Positions 1-6,234 of a DNA stretch of 10,069 nt are shown piece after piece. The position numbers were made by a program, and so were the translations under genes. Location of the stretch: positions 1-10,069 of the forward strand of contig JAEOSI010000064.1 of the NCBI GenBank assembly GCA_016840425.1. The letters are read 5' to 3'. This DNA is from Candidatus Wukongarchaeum yapensis (GTDB lineage: Archaea; Asgardarchaeota; Wukongarchaeia; Wukongarchaeales; Wukongarchaeaceae). Within the stretch, counting starts at the first letter, position 1; each line of letters begins with the position of its first letter. The notes under the pieces are model-generated. The model had not been told where the DNA came from and ran no database searches. It was given only the letters and a program-made list of their open reading frames with translations.

Positions 1-503
1 TTTTGTTCCCAAGTAAGTTACCTAGTGTTTTGGAGTTTGACCCGAAAAATCCGCCCTTAGAACTAGCTGAAAAACTAGAACCGCTTTGGGGTTTTAAAAG
101 GTTAGAAGAATGTTTCTCAACACTTTCAGAAGAAATAAAAAGCTCAAATGATATCATAAACACCGCTGAAAGATGTTTAAAAACCGAATACATTATTCGT
201 GGCAAGATGACAGGCGGTAAATGGAACCAGCTTCCGGGAATGCAAGAAGAAGGTCACGAAGTTTTAGTCATAATTTGTAGTGATAAAAATTTTGCTGGAC
301 GAATCATAGACGCTTTAGATCTTGTGATGAGCTTCGGCACCCAAAAAGAGGTAATAGTTTTACCCCACTCTTGGAGCCAACAATCAGAAAGAAGACTTCA
401 AGCAATGGTTTCAAGCTTCTGGAGAGAAGGAGTTATCGCCCTCTTCATAAAGTTCCCCCTCTCAGCTCCAATGAGAGGTTTTACCTACAAATCAGAAAAG
501 TAA
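1..503 (+). CDS. Hypothetical protein, 5'-truncated by the window edge (alpha/beta-looking C-terminal domain)
   Basis: Frame open from the window edge to TAA at 501-503. Protein-like alternation of hydrophobic strands and helices (EVLVIICSD...RIIDAL...KEVIVLPHSW...GVIALFIKF). No family recognised. Confidence 0.7.
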   Translation, partial: LFPSKLPSVLEFDPKNPPLELAEKLEPLWGFKRLEECFSTLSEEIKSSNDIINTAERCLKTEYIIRGKMTGGKWNQLPGMQEEGHEVLVIICSDKNFAGRIIDALDLVMSFGTQKEVIVLPHSWSQQSERRLQAMVSSFWREGVIALFIKFPLSAPMRGFTYKSEK

Positions 504-592
504 AATCTTTAAAATCATCTACCATGGAACATTAATGATCCTAAAGCTTCCCTATACTGCTTAAACATTATAAGAAATGACAGTGTTCATTA

Positions 593-604
593 AGTATATA
601 ATAA
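593..604 (+). promoter_or_regulatory. Candidate archaeal TATA box (AGTATATAATAA) for the Cys-rich ORF/DUF72 unit
   Basis: TATATAAT lies about 25 nt upstream of ATG 625, the spacing expected for a leaderless archaeal transcript. Confidence 0.35.
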
Positions 605-624
605 TAGAAAAAGAGCATGGCATT

Positions 625-825
625 ATGGCACTTTTCTCAAACTACACTTCGAGGAGAAGAGAGTGCAGTTTTTACTCATCCAAATATAGATCAGGGTGCG
701 CTTTAGACCCATTAAGCGTTAGGGTTTGCGACTGCGAGAACAGATGGTTTGTGGACGGAATAACCTGCCAGTATATCGTCGAGATGTATAAGGATGGAAG
801 GAAAAAAGGTAAAATAATTGATTAA
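625..825 (+). CDS. Small Cys-rich hypothetical protein (66 aa from ATG 625; ORF track extends it to 577)
   Basis: MALFSNYTSRRRECSFYSSKYRSGCALDPLSVRVCDCENRWFVDGITCQY... contains five Cys. It ends 14 nt before the DUF72 start and has a TATA-like box at suitable distance. Confidence 0.55.
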   Translation: MALFSNYTSRRRECSFYSSKYRSGCALDPLSVRVCDCENRWFVDGITCQYIVEMYKDGRKKGKIID

Positions 826-839
826 ACTTATCCTTTTTC

Positions 840-1595
840 ATGGTGCGTGTAGGTTGTTGTGGTTTGGCCTTAAAAGGGGGAAAGAAGGTCTATTTTAAAA
901 CTTTTGACCTGATAGAGCTTCAATCTACTTTTTACCGCTTACCTCGACTGCAAACTGTAAAAAAATGGTCAGAAGAAGTTCCTAAAAAGTTCGAATTCAC
1001 GGTAAAAGCATGGCAAGTAATAACCCACCCAAAAGAAAGCCCTACATGGCGAAGAATGGGAAAAAGCCCAAAACTCCCCTTGAAAAATCTCAAAAACTAC
1101 GGATACTTAAAACCAACAAAAGAAAACTTCGAAGCCTTCAAAAAAGCCAAAGAAATCTGTAGCATACTCCAAGCAAAAATCTGCGTGATACAAACACCCC
1201 CAAGCTTCAAATTTAGTGAAGAAAACCTGAAAAACATTCAAAATTTCCTCAAAAACATAGACCGAGGAAACCTAATTTTAGCATGGGAGCCAAGGGGCGA
1301 TTGGAACCAAAACCAAAAAACAATAAAAGAACTCTGCAAAAACTTCGACCTAATCCACGTTGTCGACCTACTTAAAAGAAACCCGCTTTCAGAGCACAAA
1401 ATCGCCTACATAAGACTCCACGGTCTAGGAAAACAAGAAATAAACTATCGCTACAAATACACCGAAAAAGATCTAAAACAACTATTAAAAAAAACAAAAA
1501 CATTAGAAGAAGCAGGACACGAAGTTTACGTGTTTTTCAACAACATAAACATGGGAGAAGATGCACAAAAATTCAAAAAAATTTGCATAGACTAA
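840..1595 (+). CDS. DUF72 (YecE-like) TIM-barrel protein
   Basis: Family motifs: N-terminal VGCCG, IELQSTFYRLP, FEFTVKAWQVITH, QTPPSF, AWEPRGDW, YIRLHG, VFFNN. Length of 251 aa is typical. Confidence 0.95.
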   Translation: MVRVGCCGLALKGGKKVYFKTFDLIELQSTFYRLPRLQTVKKWSEEVPKKFEFTVKAWQVITHPKESPTWRRMGKSPKLPLKNLKNYGYLKPTKENFEAFKKAKEICSILQAKICVIQTPPSFKFSEENLKNIQNFLKNIDRGNLILAWEPRGDWNQNQKTIKELCKNFDLIHVVDLLKRNPLSEHKIAYIRLHGLGKQEINYRYKYTEKDLKQLLKKTKTLEEAGHEVYVFFNNINMGEDAQKFKKICID

Positions 1596-1607
1596 ACATA
1601 GACTAAA
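1586..1607 (+). repeat. Perfect 11-bp tandem duplication (CATAGACTAAA)x2 spanning the DUF72 stop codon
   Basis: Copies read directly at 1586-1596 and 1597-1607. Confidence 0.9.
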
Positions 1608-1627
1608 ATCTCCTCCATAAAATCGAA

Positions 1628-1643
1628 AGGTTTTAGAAAACCT
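1628..1643. promoter_or_regulatory. Inverted repeat AGGTTTT-AG-AAAACCT upstream of the MFS gene (candidate operator)
   Basis: Perfect 7-bp arms with a 2-nt spacer, 70 bp upstream of the MFS ATG. Confidence 0.35.
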
Positions 1644-1713
1644 GAAAAAATTGTTTTGTGCATCAAGTTGATTGGACGGCTAAACAGCGATATTTTATCT
1701 AGGTCGTGGTTTT

Positions 1714-2871
1714 ATGCAAGTAAAATTTGTGCTATTAATTGGCGCTTTTCTCGGACCCTTTGCGGGTAACGCTGTCATCGCGCTTTTTGAACCGTTAAAA
1801 AATGACTTTGGTGTATCTTCATTTATAGTATTTCTCTCCGTAACCCTTTTTATGATTCCTTACGCTTTAATGCAGGTCTTCTCTGGGTCAGTAGCTGACC
1901 TTTTTGAGAGGCAAAAAGTGGTTGCTGCTGGGTTTTATGTCTACGCTATAGGCTCCTTGATATGTGCTATTTCCCCAAACATGACTATTTTTCTTGGTGC
2001 GCGTATTTTACAGGGTTTTGGAAGTGCGTTCATTTTTCCTGCAATCATGGCAATAATTGGAGACACAGCTCCCTTTGAGCGTAGGGGGGAAGCCATGGGG
2101 TTCTTGGGAAGCGCTTCGGCCCTAGGAGTCGCTACAGGGCCATTAATCGCAGGCTTTTTCGCAGTTACTATTGGTTGGCGATGGATTTTTTTACTCATAT
2201 TCTTACTATCTCTAATCATCGGAATCCTTTTCTTAACCACCTTTGAAGATACGAGAAAAATCAACGAATCAAAATTTGATATCAATAAGATCTTCAAACT
2301 CATAAAAGAAGCTCTAAGTGAAACCTCAGTCCGCCTTTTAGGGATTTGTGCCTTCCTCATGTTTTTTAGCTATATCGCCGCCTTAACTTTTACATCAGAT
2401 TACGTAGGCGAAGAACTTTCCATGAAAGCGGATAAAATAGGCGTTATTCTTTTCTCAGCCGGCATTGCACCAGCAATAGTTGCCATCCCAGCAGGTAAAC
2501 TAGTAGACATAATAGGGAGACTAAAAGTGATTTTAAACGGGTTCACAATAATGATTATAGCTTTCATATTACTACGTTTTGCTGACTCTTTTACGCGTTT
2601 AGTAATCCTTTTTTTCCTATTAGGTTGCGGAACAGGCACAGCATGGCCTGCTTTAAACACTCTGGCTGTAGAACTTATCCCAGAAAAAAGAGCTACTGTC
2701 TCTTCACTTTACAACAGTTTTCGCTTCGGAGGATACGCAGCCTCCCCCATTCTCCTAGCCCCAATCTACCTACAATTAAGCATCACATATATTTACCTAA
2801 CCTGTGCTTCTATAGTTCTTTTAAACATCCTAATCGCTTCTATTCTATGTTCCAAATTTATCAAACGTTAA
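1714..2871 (+). CDS. Major facilitator superfamily transporter (DHA1-like efflux type, about 12 TM)
   Basis: Motif-A-like GSVADLFERQK and GKLVDIIGRLK, GARILQGFG, motif-C-like GVATGPLIAGF and GWRWIF. About 12 hydrophobic segments in 385 aa. Confidence 0.95.
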   Translation: MQVKFVLLIGAFLGPFAGNAVIALFEPLKNDFGVSSFIVFLSVTLFMIPYALMQVFSGSVADLFERQKVVAAGFYVYAIGSLICAISPNMTIFLGARILQGFGSAFIFPAIMAIIGDTAPFERRGEAMGFLGSASALGVATGPLIAGFFAVTIGWRWIFLLIFLLSLIIGILFLTTFEDTRKINESKFDINKIFKLIKEALSETSVRLLGICAFLMFFSYIAALTFTSDYVGEELSMKADKIGVILFSAGIAPAIVAIPAGKLVDIIGRLKVILNGFTIMIIAFILLRFADSFTRLVILFFLLGCGTGTAWPALNTLAVELIPEKRATVSSLYNSFRFGGYAASPILLAPIYLQLSITYIYLTCASIVLLNILIASILCSKFIKR

Positions 2872-2920
2872 TTTATTAGAATCCAGAGTCTCGGTAAACA
2901 GGCAGCATCCAATTAAAATA

Positions 2921-3205
2921 TTAAGTTTTTGTTTTTTGAGTTGAAAGATTGAGAGGTTTCCCTCCTTCTAAAACTTTTTTAGGGATCTTTTCTTTCCACT
3001 TTTCCAGAAAAGTTATGTCCTCTTTTTCTTTCCGTAAATCATCAGGCAACATGTGAGGAATCGTATCTATTATGGGATACCACCTATCACACTTGCAGGT
3101 CATTATTCCCTCCTCAACCTCTTCAAATTCTTTAAAAACATGAAGCTCCAAAGGAGAAGATTTGCACATAGGACAAACAAGTATGTTCAACAATTCGCGC
3201 TTCAT
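2921..3205 (-). CDS. trm112: Trm112-family methyltransferase activator (archaeal long form)
   Basis: MKRELLNILVCPMCK...PLEL...VEEGIMTCKCDRWYPIIDTIPHMLPD is the Trm112 zinc-binding signature. A GAGGAAGTGA SD-like motif lies upstream. Confidence 0.92.
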   Translation of the reverse strand: MKRELLNILVCPMCKSSPLELHVFKEFEEVEEGIMTCKCDRWYPIIDTIPHMLPDDLRKEKEDITFLEKWKEKIPKKVLEGGKPLNLSTQKTKT

Positions 3206-3246
3206 ATTAAAATCACTTCCTCAAATCAAAAAATAATCGAGTAAAT

Positions 3247-3266
3247 ATCTCTAAAAAGTTAGAGAT
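3247..3266. promoter_or_regulatory. Inverted repeat ATCTCTAA-AAAG-TTAGAGAT in the divergent trm112/TMEM175 spacer (candidate operator)
   Basis: Perfect 8-bp arms with a 4-nt spacer, 41 bp upstream of the trm112 start on the minus strand. Confidence 0.45.
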
Positions 3267-3392
3267 TATTAAGTTAAAAACACTACGCTATAAAAAAGAG
3301 GAACGGAATAAAAATATTTCATCTTTTCCATAACTTTTAATTTTTATGTGTTTTGATAAGCATTTATTTCAGAAAAATGGTAGGTAAGTATA

Positions 3393-4042
3393 ATGTCCAA
3401 AAGATATATCGGCTTTGATCTGAGCCCAAAACGCATTGAAACCCTCAACGAAGGCGTGTTCGCCATCGTTATGACATTGTTGATACTGAATCTTACGATA
3501 CCAGAGTTAAAAAATCAGAGACTGAGAAACTGTCGCAAGAACTGCTCGAAATGTTCCCCAAATTCCATGCCTATATTCTGAGCTTCGTGGTTTTGGGCAT
3601 CTTCCGGGTCATACATCATTATCAATTCCATTACATCAGACGCTCTGATGGTGTGCTACTCTGGATAAAACTCGCCTTTTTGATGACTGTCGCGCTCATA
3701 CCCTTTACCACATCTCTAGTGGGGGAATACCACGAGGAAAAAGTAGCGGTTATCCTCTATGAAACCAACTGTGTCATATCTTTACTTCTACTTTATGCAA
3801 TTTGGCCTTACGCTGCTGGAAGCCAACGCCTTGTGGACAGTGATATTGAGCAGAGAGTGTTAGCTCAGATAAATAAAATAATTATAACAGGGATCTTCTT
3901 CATCCTAATCGGCATCGGAATTGCGTTATAAGACCCTCTTTTGAGCCTTAATCTCCTTACTCCCTTTGGTGTGTTTTATATCATTTTTACTGCACTAGGA
4001 GGCCATGGCTTAGCGGCTCGAGCTAAAGAACATCGAAAAAAG
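3393..4042 (+). pseudogene. TMEM175 (DUF1211) family K+ channel, disrupted
   Basis: TM1 signature RIETLNEGVFAIVMTLLIL (canonical RxExFSDGVFAIxxTLL), then FHAYILSFVVLGIFRVIHHYQFHYIRRSDGVLLWI...ALIPFTTSLVGEY. The frame changes at the A6 run 3509-3514. There is an in-frame TAA at 3929-3931, after which the last hydrophobic segment continues in frame (DPLLSLNLLTPFGVFYIIF). Confidence 0.88.
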
Positions 4043-4047
4043 AAGAA

Positions 4048-4197
4048 AAGATTGATCTTAAAGATAGAAAAACAGTGTTTCAGAAAGATGTTGAAGCTTT
4101 CAAAAAGAAGATCGGGCAAAGATTTCCTTACATAGAGGTTAGTGCAAAAACAGGAGAAAACGTTAACAATTTGTTTAAAAACCTTTTAGAAATCCTT
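4048..4197 (+). pseudogene. C-terminal fragment (G4-G5-helix 5) of a Rab/Ras-like small GTPase
   Basis: KIDLKDRKTVFQKDVEAFKKKIGQRFPYIEVSAKTGENVNNLFKNLLEIL matches (N)KxDL...PYxExSAKTGENVxxLF. The frame is closed upstream by TAA at 4024-4026, so G1-G3 are absent. The ORF runs on to 4335. Confidence 0.85.
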
Positions 4198-4349
4198 GGC
4201 CATCAAAACTCGTGGATTGGAGAGAGAATGATTATCCCTCTTCATACATCTCCTATCTTACAAAAACCCTTTAAAGGCCTAATTATAAGCTCCAGATCAT
4301 CTAAAAAACGAGCTAGGAACCTTTTTATGAAATAGTTTTTAATGTGTCG

Positions 4350-4382
4350 TGTTTATTTTTTTAAAAATTTTGGGGCTTTTTA
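4350..4382. terminator. Oligo-T/oligo-A tracts between convergent genes (candidate archaeal terminators)
   Basis: T7 tract at 4356-4362 followed by an A5 tract in the convergent spacer. Confidence 0.25.
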
Positions 4383-6167
4383 TTAAATCAAGAATGATGT
4401 TTCGTGGTTTTTTATTGCATCATTTTTTAATTTTACTTGGTATGTTTTTCCGTCGTAAGTTTTGGCGATTTCTTGCATGATTTTTTTGTTTATGTAGATT
4501 ACGAATATGTCTTTAAAAATGCCTTCGATTTTTATTTTTTCAAATTTTTCAGTTAAGTTTTCAATGTATTCATCTACCCTTCCTATACCGTCATCCTTTT
4601 CATGTATTAAAAGTAGGGCTGAATTATCGATGAAAATACTCATGTATGCATGGATATTTGGTTCAAGAATTCTCTTTATATCGTCTTTGTTTGCATCTTC
4701 TATTCCTTTTAAAAATACGAAGTAACGGGCTTGAAAAGGATGGTGCCACATTCTAATAAACTTGTATATCCGTGCTTCTTTATCGCTTTGAGCTTTTTTT
4801 ATCCATTCTAGGTACTTTTCTGCTTGAGGGCGTGAAACGTCCAGTGTTTCCATGATCTTTTTAAGCGTGATTTTTCGCACAGGATAGTTAGCAAGAAGCT
4901 CATTTAAAAGCAAGATTTCTTTTTTTATTTCCCTTGGAAGTTTCACGTGTTTTGGTCTCACCGTATGTTGAAACATCTCAACTTTCTCATCTTCTATTTT
5001 TTGATCGGTTTCTCTAATCTCTTTCTTTAAGGTTGCTTTTTCGTCAAAAACTCGGTTGAAATCGATATATTCTGCGTATTCTTTTGCAATTTTGAAGAAT
5101 TTCAGCGTTCCAATACCTGTCCTTTCAATGTTGTCTTTTAGATATTTTAGATAGTTTTGAGTCATAGTTGTTGGAAATAGGATTGAAGCAAGTAATGTGA
5201 AGGAGGATCTTTTTTTTGTTTCTGTGCCGCCCCATATCAAAAATATAGAATAAGTGAACGGCATATCTTGAAGAAACTTTGATATTGATATAAAAGCGTC
5301 TTTAGATGTCTTTTGGTCTGCTAATGGTTCTATAAGAACGTTCGCTACGCTAAGACCAAAATCTCCTGCGGATTTCATAGCGGTGTGTCTTATCCAAAGC
5401 TTACTCTCAAGCTCTTGTAAAATCTCAGATGCCCGTGCTTTACTTACTTTTAAGGCTCTTGCAAACTCTTTTACTGATATGTCACCAGTCTCTATTATAA
5501 GTTTGAAGAGTAAACGCGCAGATTTGCTAAGTTTTTTTGTTTGGACAACTTTTTCCTGATAAAGAAAAAGGGCATCTAAATATTCATCCTCCCCCATCTC
5601 ACGAATAATGTCTTTGAAACTTAAGATTTTATTATTGATCGCCCCTATTTTTCTAAAAAACTCTATTCCCTCCCTTTCACAGTAAAACTTAAGCTCACTA
5701 ATTACAGGATCATATTTGCCCACTTCTCCATGAATTTTTAACCATTTTTCGCGAATATCTACATCTTTTTCAAGCTCAGCTCCAAAAAACCAAGCTAAAG
5801 TATTGAAAACAGAACCATTCTTACGGTTAGAAACAACGTTAAAAAGCCCCAAAATGTGAAGAGTGGTAAGGTAAGTAACCGCTGTTAAGAAACATGAAAG
5901 AACACTAACATTCCCTTCGACGTAAAAAGCCCAGTAAGGAATTTTTACCTCTATCTTTTCCCCTTTTATTTCCAGATTGTTGATAAGCTCATAATAAGGT
6001 TCATTCTCCTCTTCTAAAATTTTAAGGACAATAGTTTTACGAAAAAACTCTTCCTCTAAAAATGATTGATTAGTCTTTGAAAGGGAGAGGTTCTTTTTTA
6101 TTAAAAAGAAGCGTTCGCTTATCTTTTGAACAATTTCACTATGATATACTTTTTCCCCTTTCATCAT
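4383..6167 (-). CDS. Large putative transcription regulator: about 210-aa N-terminal domain of unknown function plus two winged-HTH/Lrp-AsnC(RAM)-like modules
   Basis: HTH1 at aa ~213-262 (LSKSARLLFKLIIETGDISVKEFARALKVSKARASEILQELESKLWI), followed by DFGL and a beta/alpha segment (NVLIEP...LQDMPFTYSIFLIWGG...LLASILFP). HTH2 at aa ~417-458 (LLNELLANYPVRKITLKKIMETLDVSRPQAEKYLEWIKK), followed by a second beta/alpha segment. Confidence 0.7.
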   Translation of the reverse strand: MMKGEKVYHSEIVQKISERFFLIKKNLSLSKTNQSFLEEEFFRKTIVLKILEEENEPYYELINNLEIKGEKIEVKIPYWAFYVEGNVSVLSCFLTAVTYLTTLHILGLFNVVSNRKNGSVFNTLAWFFGAELEKDVDIREKWLKIHGEVGKYDPVISELKFYCEREGIEFFRKIGAINNKILSFKDIIREMGEDEYLDALFLYQEKVVQTKKLSKSARLLFKLIIETGDISVKEFARALKVSKARASEILQELESKLWIRHTAMKSAGDFGLSVANVLIEPLADQKTSKDAFISISKFLQDMPFTYSIFLIWGGTETKKRSSFTLLASILFPTTMTQNYLKYLKDNIERTGIGTLKFFKIAKEYAEYIDFNRVFDEKATLKKEIRETDQKIEDEKVEMFQHTVRPKHVKLPREIKKEILLLNELLANYPVRKITLKKIMETLDVSRPQAEKYLEWIKKAQSDKEARIYKFIRMWHHPFQARYFVFLKGIEDANKDDIKRILEPNIHAYMSIFIDNSALLLIHEKDDGIGRVDEYIENLTEKFEKIKIEGIFKDIFVIYINKKIMQEIAKTYDGKTYQVKLKNDAIKNHETSFLI

Positions 6168-6234
6168 TTTTTTTACCCAAACTTCTAAATTTTGGAGGAA
6201 AAACTGTTAAATAACTCGTTATCCTCCTTAATTT

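Noticed and set aside
1941-2660. Minus-strand ORFs 1941-2360 and 2400-2660
   Set aside because: Antisense shadows of the confident MFS gene, with no recognisable motifs.
2625-2879. Plus-strand ORF of 84 aa
   Set aside because: Alternate frame inside the MFS gene.
3053-3244. Plus-strand ORF of 63 aa
   Set aside because: Antisense to trm112.
3929-3931. Stop-codon readthrough or alternative genetic code at the TMEM175 in-frame stop
   Set aside because: The stop is TAA, the normal terminator of most genes in this window. It is neither UGA (Sec) nor UAG (Pyl).
4240-4351. 36-codon minus-strand open stretch (...FLDDLELIIRPLKGFCKIGDV*) overlapping an SD-led 19-codon ORF
   Set aside because: No start codon, no recognisable motif, and antisense to the GTPase-fragment run-on.
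4507-4725. Plus-strand ORF of 72 aa
   Set aside because: Antisense shadow of the 594-aa gene.
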